Source: an uncultured Desulfarculus sp. (GTDB lineage: Bacteria > Desulfobacterota > Desulfarculia > Desulfarculales > Desulfarculaceae). Taken from it: 64,000 bases of DNA. Every line of letters begins with the position of its first letter. Positions within the stretch are counted from its first letter, which is position 1. Below are positions 29,550 to 39,230 of this stretch, in pieces. The stretch lies in NCBI GenBank assembly GCA_963665125.2, contig CAXXUK010000001.1:1120001-1184000 (forward strand). The letters run 5' to 3'. Under the pieces are notes generated by a model. It made no database searches. It was not told where the DNA came from and saw only the letters and a program-made list of their open reading frames with translations. Both the position numbers and the translations under genes were made by a program.

Positions 29550-30442
29550 GCGCAACCAGAACCAGACAGAACGCCGTCAGCCGGGCCTTGCGGCAGATCG
29601 GCGAAAACCCCTGGTTGCAGATCGTCGCCGTGACCAGCCTCACCGTGGCCTATATGATCATCGGCGTATATTTTACCCTTTTAATCAACGTTGAGCGTCA
29701 AGCTACCGATTTCTTTACCGGTTCAAAGCTAATATTGGTCCTGTCCGATGACGCCACCCCGCAAACCGGCGCCAATGTTGCCAAGGAGTCCATGAATTAC
29801 GCCAGGGTGGCCGGGGCCATGTTCGTGCACAAGGACCAGGCCCTGCAACGATTCCGGCGCAGCCTGGGCAACCGCAAGGGCCTGCTGGAGGGCCTTGAAA
29901 ACAACCCTCTGCCCCATACCGTGGAAGTAATCTTGAATCCGGGGCGTCAGGAAGATCAGGGCCTGGTGGAAGAGCTGCGCGGCCTCGACGGAGTGGTCGA
30001 CGTGGTCACCAGCAGACCGTGGCTGATGTTGTTGGAAAAGGCCAGGCGGTCCTTGATCAGCCTGGCCGCGGCCCTGGGCATCCTGCTTTTTCTGGCCGTC
30101 ACCCTGCTGGCTGCCAACACGGTCCGTTTGGCCTATTACGCCCGCCGCCGCGAACTGGAGGTGCTGGTCCTGGTGGGGGCCACACCGGGTTACATGAGGC
30201 GACCCTTTGTCATAGAGGCGGTGTTGCAGGGCATATTGGCGGCCCTGATCGCCTACGGCGGAGTTTGGGTCATGATGTGGGTTTTGTCCGCGCCGGGCAC
30301 CCTGCCCTTTGGCATGGATCTGCAAGGCCTCCTGGAATTGCCCCTGCAACTGCCGCTGCTGTTGGCCGCCGTGGCCCTGACCTCGACAATGGCGGGTTCC
30401 TGGCTGGGTGTGGGCAGGGTTTTGCGGAGGTTGAACCTTTGA
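29546..30442 (+). CDS. ftsX: cell division permease FtsX
   Basis: Four TM helices, [27 protein letters not shown]. Confidence 0.9.
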   Translation: MSATRTRQNAVSRALRQIGENPWLQIVAVTSLTVAYMIIGVYFTLLINVERQATDFFTGSKLILVLSDDATPQTGANVAKESMNYARVAGAMFVHKDQALQRFRRSLGNRKGLLEGLENNPLPHTVEVILNPGRQEDQGLVEELRGLDGVVDVVTSRPWLMLLEKARRSLISLAAALGILLFLAVTLLAANTVRLAYYARRRELEVLVLVGATPGYMRRPFVIEAVLQGILAALIAYGGVWVMMWVLSAPGTLPFGMDLQGLLELPLQLPLLLAAVALTSTMAGSWLGVGRVLRRLNL

Positions 30443-31533
30443 GGTTTGTCGGCCGGAAATCGGCCGCGCTGGCGGCGCTGGTCTGTTTTGTGTCTCTGTG
30501 GTTCGCCACCCCTTGCCCGGCCAGCCAGGAGATGGACGCCCGTGCCGAGTTGCGGGCCAAGCTGGCCGATTTGCTGGATCAAAACCAATCCATAGCCCAA
30601 CGCGAGGCCGGTCTGCGCCGCGATCTGGAATACGCCAAGCTTAAAACAAGCAAGGAACAACGGTTTTTGGAGTTTTTAGGCGATAAGCAGCAAGGCGAAC
30701 AAAAGCGCCTCATTGAAATTGAGTACAAGATCAAACTGCTGAATAAATACCTCAAGAAAGGCAAAGCTGCTTATGAGCGCAGGCTGCGGGCCCTTTATCT
30801 GCAAGGGGTCGATCTAAGCTGGCACTGGCTGGCCTCGGCAGACACCTTTAACGAGGCCCTGGAGCGCTCGCGGTCATTGGGCATGGTTATAGACGCGGAC
30901 GGGAAAAGGCTCTCAAAGCTTCAGGCCTATTCCCGCAGGCTGGATATGCTGCGGGCGGAACATGGCCGCCGCTTGGCGGAAAACAGCCAAACCAGGGCTG
31001 AGTTGCAACAGAGTCTGCTGCGCCTCAAACAGCGCCAAAAAACCATGGACCTGATCCTGGTAAAGGTGCACCAGCAGCAAAAACTGCTGGCCGGCTCCAT
31101 ATACCAGGTAAAACAGGCCGAAAACCGGCTTGTGAGAACCTTCGCCTTGGATGTGCGCTTTGATCCGGCGGAGGCTCCCGAGGCCGTGGAATCCCGCCGC
31201 GCCGCCGCGCCGGTGGATGGATCAATGCAGGGCTCAGGTGCCGGTGGTGTGCATTTCATGGCACGCCGCGGGGCCCAGGTTCGGGCGCCGTGGGACGGCC
31301 AGGTGGCCTTTGCCTCCAGTATCAGCGGCTGGGGAAAGGTCGTGGTCCTGGATCACGGCGACAGGGTTCATACGGTTCTGGCCCATCTTGGGACCCTTGC
31401 CGTGGAGCCGGGCCAGCCCGTTGCCGCCGGAGAGGTCGTTGGCTCGGTTGGGCCGGGCGGCAGGCTGTTTTTACAGGTTCGCAAGAATGCCAAGCCGGTG
31501 GATTCCGAGGATTGGCTCAGGCTACGCCCTTGA
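30439..31533 (+). CDS. envC: murein hydrolase activator EnvC (coiled coil plus degenerate M23)
   Basis: TTG start overlapping ftsX stop, signal peptide, long coiled coil, GWGKVVVLDHG. Confidence 0.8.
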   Translation: MRFVGRKSAALAALVCFVSLWFATPCPASQEMDARAELRAKLADLLDQNQSIAQREAGLRRDLEYAKLKTSKEQRFLEFLGDKQQGEQKRLIEIEYKIKLLNKYLKKGKAAYERRLRALYLQGVDLSWHWLASADTFNEALERSRSLGMVIDADGKRLSKLQAYSRRLDMLRAEHGRRLAENSQTRAELQQSLLRLKQRQKTMDLILVKVHQQQKLLAGSIYQVKQAENRLVRTFALDVRFDPAEAPEAVESRRAAAPVDGSMQGSGAGGVHFMARRGAQVRAPWDGQVAFASSISGWGKVVVLDHGDRVHTVLAHLGTLAVEPGQPVAAGEVVGSVGPGGRLFLQVRKNAKPVDSEDWLRLRP

Positions 31534-31624
31534 CCAGGGACGGGTGAGGCGTTAAGCTAGATTTTGTTTTTCAATTGAGGCCTTTGGGCTTGGCTGGGCC
31601 CTAATTATCATTCAGGAGGCTTAC

Positions 31625-32977
31625 ATGCGCCGTGGCGTTTTCAAAGCACCATTGACGGTAATGGCGATCATCGCTCTTTCTTTCATCCTCTCGCAGTACA
31701 TTCCCACGCGCTCCAGCGAGGCGGCCAATGATGATCAATACAGGCAAATGCGCCTATTTACCGACGTCCTGGAAGAAGTAAAACAAAAGTACGTAGAAGA
31801 AAAAACCACCGATGAACTAATCAAGGAAGCCATCAAAGGCATGGTGCAAAGCCTTGATCCCCACTCCTCGTATATGACCCCAGAGGAATTCGCCGAGTTG
31901 CAGATCGAAACCAAAGGCAGCTTCTTTGGCGTGGGCATCGAAATCACCATGCGTGACGACGTGCTTACCGTGGTGTCACCCATCGAGGGCACTCCGGCCT
32001 CCAACGCTGGCGTGCAGGCCGGCGACCGCATAGTCAAAATCGACGGCAAGCTGACCAAGGGCATGAGCCTGATGGACGCGGTCAAGGCCATTCGCGGCGA
32101 AAAAGGCAGCAAGGTCGTATTGACCATGATGCGCGAAGGTGCGGCCCAACTGATCGACATCCCCATCGTCAGGGATCTGATTCCGATCCAGAGTGTGCGT
32201 TTCAACCTCCTGGAAGACGGCTACGGCTATGTCCGCATCGTCAGCTTCCAGGAATCGACCACCAGGGACCTTATCGAGGCCCTGCAGACCCTGCAAAACC
32301 AAAAGACGCCCCTGAGCGGCCTGATTCTGGACCTGCGCAACGATCCCGGCGGATTGCTGCAGGAATCGGTCACGGCGGCTGACCAGTTCCTGTCCAGCGG
32401 CGTTATCGTCTCCACCAAGGGCCGCAGCAAGACCCAGGACATGGTCTTCAAGGCCTCACCCCAGGTCACCGCGGGCGACTATCCCATCATCGTCCTGGTC
32501 AACCAGGGTTCGGCCAGCGCCAGCGAAATTCTGGCCGGTGCGCTGCAAGACCACAAGCGGGCCATGATCGTCGGCTCCCAGTCCTTTGGCAAGGGCTCGG
32601 TGCAGACCATCATTCCCCTTGAGGACAACGGTGCCCTGCGCCTGACCACAGCCCGATACTATACGCCCAACGGCAGGGCCATCCAGGCCAAGGGCATCAC
32701 GCCGGACCTGGTTGTCGACTTTGTTCCTCCCAAGGAAGATCCCAAGGACGACAAGGCCAAGGATCAGTCCATCCGGGAAAAAGATCTCCAGGGCGCCATG
32801 AAGGCAGAGGGCGAAACCGATTCAGCCAAGCGCAAGAGCGAATCCAAGCTTTACTATGCCAAGGACCGCTTGGAGCGGGATAATCAGCTTAGGCGCGCTC
32901 TGGATTTGCTCAAGGCCTGGCAGGTGTTCGCGCCCATAGCCAAACAGGACTCAGGCAAGGCCGCGGCAACCAAATAA
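31625..32977 (+). CDS. ctpA: carboxy-terminal processing protease (S41, CtpA-like)
   Basis: LDPHSSY, PDZ domain, DLRNDPGG, SASASEI, GKGSVQ. Confidence 0.92.
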   Translation: MRRGVFKAPLTVMAIIALSFILSQYIPTRSSEAANDDQYRQMRLFTDVLEEVKQKYVEEKTTDELIKEAIKGMVQSLDPHSSYMTPEEFAELQIETKGSFFGVGIEITMRDDVLTVVSPIEGTPASNAGVQAGDRIVKIDGKLTKGMSLMDAVKAIRGEKGSKVVLTMMREGAAQLIDIPIVRDLIPIQSVRFNLLEDGYGYVRIVSFQESTTRDLIEALQTLQNQKTPLSGLILDLRNDPGGLLQESVTAADQFLSSGVIVSTKGRSKTQDMVFKASPQVTAGDYPIIVLVNQGSASASEILAGALQDHKRAMIVGSQSFGKGSVQTIIPLEDNGALRLTTARYYTPNGRAIQAKGITPDLVVDFVPPKEDPKDDKAKDQSIREKDLQGAMKAEGETDSAKRKSESKLYYAKDRLERDNQLRRALDLLKAWQVFAPIAKQDSGKAAATK

Positions 32978-32978
32978 A

Positions 32979-34256
32979 TTGGCCCGGCGAAAAACCAACA
33001 AGAAATACAAGGGCCGCTTGGATAGCAAGCGGCCCGGCCCCAAAAAAAAGCAGCGTCGTTCCACTGCCGCCACAGTATGGAGCGACGTTCGCGTCTGGCT
33101 GTTGTGGACCGTGGCAGGGATACTGGTCACGGCCGCCGTGGCCCTTGCCTGGTATTTGGGTCAGGGAAACGGCAACCTGCCCACGCCGTTGGCTGACAAT
33201 GGCTCCAAACCAGCCTCTAATGCGACCATCGTCTTTGAGGAGACCCCGCCGCCGCTCCAGCGAACCGACAAACGAGAACAAATCAACGACGCCCTGCTGG
33301 AGGCCCTTGCCATGGGCGGCGTATCCCCGGCCCAGGCCAAACTGGCCGTTGTGGCCGAGCCATGGGGCGAGGTGTCGCAAATAAAGGCCTACTTGACCAA
33401 GGGCCAACAATGGCAGGACATTCGCAAGGCCCTTGATACCAAGACGCACCAACTTGCTACTAAAACACTCTGGCGCGAAATCGCCACCGGCCATATCCTG
33501 GAGCTTCAGCAAAACGGCCGGGTCACCCACCGCTTGATTCTGATCAAGGCAAAAACTCCGGACAAACCCATTGTCAGCAAAGGCAAGCCCAAGGTGGCCA
33601 TCGTCATTGACGACATGGGCTATCAGTTGGGCATGGCCAAACAGCTTATCGCCCTGGACATTCCACTCAGCTTTTCAATATTGCCCTACTCTCCACATGG
33701 CCACAAGGTGGCCAAACTGGCCGCCGCCAGCGGCAAGGATGTGCTGTTGCACCTGCCCATGGAGCCCAAATCATATCCGGGCACCAGCCCCGGGCCAGGC
33801 GGGCTCTATCGCAATATGACGGCCGAAGACCTGGCCGTACAGACCGCCAGGGATCTTGACTTCCTGCCACAGGCGAAGGGTGTCAACAACCATATGGGTT
33901 CCAGCCTTACCGAGGACAGAGAGGCCCTTCTGCCGGTGTTGCGGACAATCCGGGCCAGGGGGCTGTTTTTCGTTGACAGCTTTACCTCCCCACGGTCCAA
34001 GGCTTATGAACTTGCGGGCGAATTAAAGATGCGCCGGGGCCGCAGAGGCGTGTTTTTGGACCACGATCAAAGCCAGGAGGCCATCGAGCACCAGTTGGAG
34101 ACCTTGATCCATCTGGCCCAGAACGGCCACGGCGTCATCGCCATCGGCCATCCACACACCAACACCCTAAACGCCCTTAAAAATTACGAAGACCGCCTGA
34201 AAAACGAAGTACGGATGGTGCCGGTTTCGGAAATCGTAAACGGTTCCGCTAATTAG
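32979..34256 (+). CDS. divergent polysaccharide deacetylase (YibQ family)
   Basis: AIVIDDMG, LHLPMEP, NNHMGS, FVDS, AIGHP. Confidence 0.9.
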   Translation: MARRKTNKKYKGRLDSKRPGPKKKQRRSTAATVWSDVRVWLLWTVAGILVTAAVALAWYLGQGNGNLPTPLADNGSKPASNATIVFEETPPPLQRTDKREQINDALLEALAMGGVSPAQAKLAVVAEPWGEVSQIKAYLTKGQQWQDIRKALDTKTHQLATKTLWREIATGHILELQQNGRVTHRLILIKAKTPDKPIVSKGKPKVAIVIDDMGYQLGMAKQLIALDIPLSFSILPYSPHGHKVAKLAAASGKDVLLHLPMEPKSYPGTSPGPGGLYRNMTAEDLAVQTARDLDFLPQAKGVNNHMGSSLTEDREALLPVLRTIRARGLFFVDSFTSPRSKAYELAGELKMRRGRRGVFLDHDQSQEAIEHQLETLIHLAQNGHGVIAIGHPHTNTLNALKNYEDRLKNEVRMVPVSEIVNGSAN

Positions 34257-34753
34257 CCCGCGGCTAGGGCGGGAAACCACAGCAACAGCCCGTATTGCAT
34301 TAGCCGAACCGCCAGCAGGGCATATAACCCGGCAAGCATGTCGTCGATCACGATACCCCACTGGCCAGGCAGTTTTTGGCTCCAACCCACCGGAAACGGT
34401 TTGAGGATATCAAAAAAACGGAAGGCTATGAAGGCGGCGGGCAGGCGCCAGTCCAATGAGGCGATGCCGTACATGGCTATGGCCACGCCCACGGCCTCGT
34501 CGATAACCACCGGCGATGGATCCTGATCGTCGCCGAAGACTTTGTACGCAAGGGCCGCACGGCAGGCCCATAGGGCGAGAACCGTCAGCAGCGAAATAAA
34601 CGCAACATACCAGGTCCCGAACAGAGGCCAACCGCCGAGCCACAACCAGACCGCTGCAATCCCGGCAACCAGCGCCGAGCCGTAGGTGCCGGGCGCGCCG
34701 GGCAACAGGCCGACGATCATTGTTACAATGTATTTTATGAGTACTTTGGCCAC
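34253..34753 (-). CDS. pgpA: phosphatidylglycerophosphatase A
   Basis: APGTYGS, DPSPVVIDE, FRFFDILKPFP, IVIDDMLAG. Confidence 0.92.
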   Translation of the reverse strand: MAKVLIKYIVTMIVGLLPGAPGTYGSALVAGIAAVWLWLGGWPLFGTWYVAFISLLTVLALWACRAALAYKVFGDDQDPSPVVIDEAVGVAIAMYGIASLDWRLPAAFIAFRFFDILKPFPVGWSQKLPGQWGIVIDDMLAGLYALLAVRLMQYGLLLWFPALAAG

Positions 34754-34848
34754 CAGCCCCGCTTTCCCGGTTTCCGTGAGCTATTGTCTGTTGGCTTTAA
34801 CGTCAGCATCTGTTATAGCAAAGCAAACCGTATCCAGCGGAGGATAAA

Positions 34849-35814
34849 GTGATTGAACCCCTGCTTCTGACTGCCGCTTTGGTTTTGGACGCCCTGATCG
34901 GCGACCCTCCCACATGGCCTCACATGGTCAGGTTCATAGGCTCGGCCATCAAGGCATTCGAGCAAAATCTCCGCAGAAGAAGGCCCTCCGCTGCCGAGCA
35001 GCAAGTGGCCGGTCTGTTGCTGGTGTGCATCGTTGTCGGCGGCTCTTGGCTTGTTGCCTGGTCTTTCCTTTTCGTCACCTTCAATCTCTGGGCTCCGCTG
35101 GGCTGGATCATGGCCCTCATTTTTGCATTTCAAAGCGTGGCCGCCGGTCAGCTGTGGCGCGAGGCGGTGCGTGTTGCCGAGCCCCTGGACAGGGGTGACA
35201 TCGAGTTGGCCCGCATCCGTCTGGCCATGATCGTGGGCCGGGACACTGCCAGGCTCGACGAGGCAGGCGTTCGCAGGGCGATCATTGAAACCGTCGCCGA
35301 AAACCTCAACGACGGCGTCATAGCCCCGCTGTTTTACATGGCCCTGGGAGGACCGGCCCTGTCTGTGGCTTTCAAGGCCGTCAACACCCTGGATTCGATG
35401 ATCGGCTATAAAAACGATCGATACATAAACTACGGCCGGGCCGCGGCAAAGTTCGACGACATTGTGGGCTGGATTCCAGCGAGGCTCAGCGCGCTGTTTA
35501 TCGCTGCGGCCGCTTCGTTGACCGGCACGAACGCCAGGGGCGCCTGGCTGTCGGGTTTGGCCAATCACGGCGCCCATCCCAGCCCCAATTCCGGCTGGCC
35601 CGAGGCAGCCGCGGCCGGGGCTCTGGGGCTGCGTCTGGGCGGACCCACGGTGTACGGCGGAGTATTGCATGACAAGCCCTGGATAAACAGCGCCGGACGC
35701 GACGCGGCCAAGGGCGACGTGCAGGCCGTAAACAGGCTTCTGGTGATCGCCACGCTTCTGGCCGGCCTGGCTGCCGCCTTCACTGCCTGGCTATTGCCGT
35801 TTAGCTGGTTCTAG
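34849..35814 (+). CDS. cbiB: adenosylcobinamide-phosphate synthase
   Basis: GDPP, IVGRDT, ETVAENLNDGVIAPLFY, NTLDSMIGY, SPNSGWPEAA. Confidence 0.92.
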   Translation: MIEPLLLTAALVLDALIGDPPTWPHMVRFIGSAIKAFEQNLRRRRPSAAEQQVAGLLLVCIVVGGSWLVAWSFLFVTFNLWAPLGWIMALIFAFQSVAAGQLWREAVRVAEPLDRGDIELARIRLAMIVGRDTARLDEAGVRRAIIETVAENLNDGVIAPLFYMALGGPALSVAFKAVNTLDSMIGYKNDRYINYGRAAAKFDDIVGWIPARLSALFIAAAASLTGTNARGAWLSGLANHGAHPSPNSGWPEAAAAGALGLRLGGPTVYGGVLHDKPWINSAGRDAAKGDVQAVNRLLVIATLLAGLAAAFTAWLLPFSWF

Positions 35815-36212
35815 GGCCTGACCGCGCTGAGCACGACCTCCGGTGGATCGACCAAGACCTTCTTGACGGCGCATTGACCGGCCACCCTTAGAACCGCCTT
35901 TTCGTATTTTTCCGGGAATTCCGGCGGCAATTGCACGTCAATCTCAATGCGCTCCACCTTTTGGCCTGACGCGTCGTGGATCATTCTCTGCTTGAGTTGA
36001 ATGCCTTTGGTGTCTATTTGGCGGGCTTCGCAGAAACCCTGCACATATGCAGCGGCGCAGGTTCCCAGGCTGGCCAGGAATAAAAAGAACGGGGCCGGAG
36101 CGCTGTTTTCACCTCCGGCAAATGAAGGCTGGTCCGTGGCTACTACGTGATTGTCCCAGCGGGCTTCAATCTTTTTTCCGCCGTTGAATACAATGTCCAT
36201 TTCCATCGGCAT
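35811..36212 (-). CDS. OsmC-family protein
   Basis: TDQP..GG...P, ASLGTCA, QCAVKK. Confidence 0.85.
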   Translation of the reverse strand: MPMEMDIVFNGGKKIEARWDNHVVATDQPSFAGGENSAPAPFFLFLASLGTCAAAYVQGFCEARQIDTKGIQLKQRMIHDASGQKVERIEIDVQLPPEFPEKYEKAVLRVAGQCAVKKVLVDPPEVVLSAVRP

Positions 36213-36284
36213 CACCCAAGAAAACCAGAGCCGCAGCAATTTCCGCCGCGGCTGCCAACAAGAGACGTGGTTTTAACGTAATTT

Positions 36285-36707
36285 TTATTTGATGTTTTTG
36301 GTGATCTCGTCGTTCACCGCTTCATAAATTTCTTCGTCGGTGCCGTAGATATCGACAACAGTACGATGATTGAGAAGCTTTTCAATTATGAATGCCGTTA
36401 TATAAAGGCTGACCCTGTTCGGCTTGGACACCAGATCGCGAATGGGGGAAATTGCGAATTGTATATCAAAGTCTTCGGCGTTGAGCAGGTCGTTGATGCA
36501 GCCGAAAAGTTGTTCTTCCAGCTCACGGATATTTTTAACTTCGACCAGACCGGCATCGACGAGTTTGAGGGCCAATTTGCGGGAAATTTCCTCGCCAAGA
36601 TCATTGAGCATGGCCAATTGCCGGCTCCAGGCTGATTGGCGCGAGCTTTCCAATCTGGAAATCAGATTGCTTTCACGGTAATTTGTGCTGAAACCTCCAG
36701 CGCCCAT
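36285..36707 (-). CDS. conserved hypothetical protein (DUF507-like)
   Basis: 140-aa acidic ORF with RBS; VVDIYGTDEEIY C-terminus. Confidence 0.6.
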   Translation of the reverse strand: MGAGGFSTNYRESNLISRLESSRQSAWSRQLAMLNDLGEEISRKLALKLVDAGLVEVKNIRELEEQLFGCINDLLNAEDFDIQFAISPIRDLVSKPNRVSLYITAFIIEKLLNHRTVVDIYGTDEEIYEAVNDEITKNIK

Positions 36708-36869
36708 TTTTTACCTTCCTTACTGTCGTGTCAGCGCACATCCCAAGATTTGGGTTTAATGCGCGTTAGTCCGCCATGGGGTATCTTTTATTTCCCTGTT
36801 GGCGTGCTTTATGGGTTTTCTAACACCAGCAGACCACATTAGCAACGAATTGTTTAAAGAATTACAAAA

Positions 36870-37601
36870 ATGAACACAGAATATTTCAACAATGATTGCC
36901 CGGAAGAACTTGAAGACGAAGTATTCATGATCGAGACCGCCGGAGAAATGCCGGAAGTTGCATTGGCCGAGAGCCTGGAGGCCTTGGGCGTAATTGAAAA
37001 CTCTTGGCGAAAATGCCTGGAAGCGGCCGTTGCCCGCACATACATTGCCATGATATCCCGCGATTTTAACCCGGACAATGTGGGTCTCAGCCACTACCGT
37101 GGTCTTGGGCGCGCCCTGGCCAACATCGGCAGACTCGAAACCTTTTTGGCCAAATGCGGCGACAGCCTGCCCAAGGGGCTCGTCGACAGCCTGTCCCGTC
37201 AACTTTGGCGTTACCTTGAAAATGAAAACCAAGCCCTGGCCGATGGCCGAAAGTATATCAGCGCCGCCCCCCGGCACATCACCCGCCTATGCGAGGTGTT
37301 GCGGCTGGACATGAGCGAACTCCGGGTTCTTGGGGATGGGATGAGCGCCCTGCCCGCCCTGGACGTCATGGGCCTGATCAAACTGCGGGCCCTTGAAGAC
37401 GCGGGCGGGCAATACAAGCGCCGCCGGGACGGGGCCGGCCAGGTGTTGATCGAAATACTTGACGGTCAAGGCCGGGTCGCCCAAACCAACGCCATGAGCA
37501 CCCTGGGCCCAAGAGACGAAAACGACCCGGCGATGATGCGCCGGGCCGAATTGGTTTGGTCAATGCTGGCTTTGCCGGAGTATCCCGAAAGCAATTATTG
37601 A
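36870..37601 (+). CDS. hypothetical protein
   Basis: 243-aa ORF in a gap; GEMPEVAL and YRGLGRALAN look like conserved blocks. Confidence 0.65.
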   Translation: MNTEYFNNDCPEELEDEVFMIETAGEMPEVALAESLEALGVIENSWRKCLEAAVARTYIAMISRDFNPDNVGLSHYRGLGRALANIGRLETFLAKCGDSLPKGLVDSLSRQLWRYLENENQALADGRKYISAAPRHITRLCEVLRLDMSELRVLGDGMSALPALDVMGLIKLRALEDAGGQYKRRRDGAGQVLIEILDGQGRVAQTNAMSTLGPRDENDPAMMRRAELVWSMLALPEYPESNY

Positions 37602-39004
37602 TTGTGCTTCTTCAGGTCGGCCTGCATCTGGGGCGGTATGGCCATGCCCATGGCGGCGGCCCTGCGGGCGTGGTCGTTGGCCGATTGCCAGTCGCCCAAG
37701 TTGATGTAGGCCAAAGCGGCATTGAAGTGGGCAGGAGCCATGTTGGGATCCAACTCAAGGCCCTTGTTGTACTCGTCAATGGCCTTGTTGAACTGCTTTT
37801 CCTGGGCATATAGATTGCCCAGGCTCAAATGCGGCAGGGCGAATGACGGGTTGACCGACAAGGCCTTATGAAAGCTTTTTTCAGCTTCGGTTTGGCGGCC
37901 CAGGTGCATGTAGATCAGGCCCAGGTCGTTGTAGGCTTCCTCAAAATAAGGATTGGCCGCGATTGCCGAGCGGAAGTAGCCTTCGGCCTTTTGGGCGTTG
38001 CCCTCCATAACTGAAATCTGGCCCATCTGATAAAGGGCCTGGGCCATGGCCGGTTTGAGTTCCAGGGCCTTTTCCAAATTGACTTTGGCCTGCTTCGGTT
38101 TCATGGCGTAAACATCCATGATTCCAAGGCTGAGATAGGCTTCGGCGATTTTGGGGTTCTGGGCCAGCAGTTCTTCGAGCATCTTGCGGGCCTTGCCCTC
38201 ATCACCCTGGCCGGCGACCATGTTGGCCTCGAAAAGCCGCGCCTGCCAGAGGGTTGAATCCTGCTTGTACGCCCTGGCGAAAAGTTCGCCCGCCCGGGCC
38301 GAATCTCCATCGTTTAAGGCCATGAAGCCGTCGCCAAAGACCACCGCGGCGTTTTTGTTGTATTTATTCTGCAAAACTCCGTCGCAGACCTGCTTGAGGA
38401 ACGCGGCGCTTTCTTCATAGGGGTTGTAGCCCAGGGCCTCTGATGCCTTTTTGTCCGCTTCCTGGAAGTCGCCGGCGACCATGGCCTCGATACAGGCCAT
38501 AATCGAACGCCTTGATTTTAAATAACCAGGCGTTTCTTCGATGTCCGAGGCCTTCAATTCGGGCAGTGGCGCGATCTTGGGCTGGAAATGAGTCTGCGGC
38601 AGCAGGGCTATGTTGGTTTTTTCCTTGACCGGCTCCTCTTTACGGGGCTGATCAAAGCGCATCAAAACAGCGTAGCCGTCTTCGACGGGCACCACGGCGC
38701 TGGGCTTGTTGGGAGCTAGATCCTTGATCGCGTTGCGGTATTCAAGGCGCATGCTCTTTAAATTTTGCCGCCCCACCCTGCCGCCTCTGGAAACGGCCGG
38801 TCCCTGGGAATACTTGCGGGCGGTTTCCTCAAAAGAGGCTCCCTTTGCCAGCTTGCCGCGTATCTGCTCGGCCTCCTGTTGAGTGGCCACCGTGATTATG
38901 CCCAAATCAACGGTTTCATCGGCCATGGCTGGTGCGACGCCAAGGACAATGAGAACCAGGAAAAAAACTGGTAGACCGAATCCGCGCAACAAACCGTGTT
39001 TCAT
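37595..39004 (-). CDS. secreted parvulin-type PPIase domain plus TPR repeat protein
   Basis: Signal peptide, GASFEETARKYS.GP...GG rotamase signature, many TPRs (AYNDLGLIY, AHFNAALAY). Confidence 0.82.
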   Translation of the reverse strand: MKHGLLRGFGLPVFFLVLIVLGVAPAMADETVDLGIITVATQQEAEQIRGKLAKGASFEETARKYSQGPAVSRGGRVGRQNLKSMRLEYRNAIKDLAPNKPSAVVPVEDGYAVLMRFDQPRKEEPVKEKTNIALLPQTHFQPKIAPLPELKASDIEETPGYLKSRRSIMACIEAMVAGDFQEADKKASEALGYNPYEESAAFLKQVCDGVLQNKYNKNAAVVFGDGFMALNDGDSARAGELFARAYKQDSTLWQARLFEANMVAGQGDEGKARKMLEELLAQNPKIAEAYLSLGIMDVYAMKPKQAKVNLEKALELKPAMAQALYQMGQISVMEGNAQKAEGYFRSAIAANPYFEEAYNDLGLIYMHLGRQTEAEKSFHKALSVNPSFALPHLSLGNLYAQEKQFNKAIDEYNKGLELDPNMAPAHFNAALAYINLGDWQSANDHARRAAAMGMAIPPQMQADLKKHNQ

Positions 39005-39230
39005 ATTGCTCTCCGCTGTTTGCCGTTTTGCTACAGCTTGATAAACCGCCGACGGCCAAGATGTCAACCCTTAGCAATCCTATTGATCTAACGGGTTGAA
39101 ACGAATCAGCCAAACGGTCATAATCGACTTGTTCACAAAGCTTGATCTCGAGACTCATTTTGCCTAATTTCAGGGTCAGCAAGATTATACATCATGATCG
39201 ACTGAGTGGTTAACCTCTGCCGCACCGGAG

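Noticed and set aside
30019..30438. N-terminal extension of envC
   Set aside because: Lies within ftsX; a signal peptide starts at 30439
30439..31533. Missing zinc ligands in the EnvC M23 domain as a sign of pseudogenisation
   Set aside because: Degenerate M23 is the normal state for EnvC
39121..39138. Rex site upstream of yeeE
   Set aside because: Only a half-site (TTCACAA)
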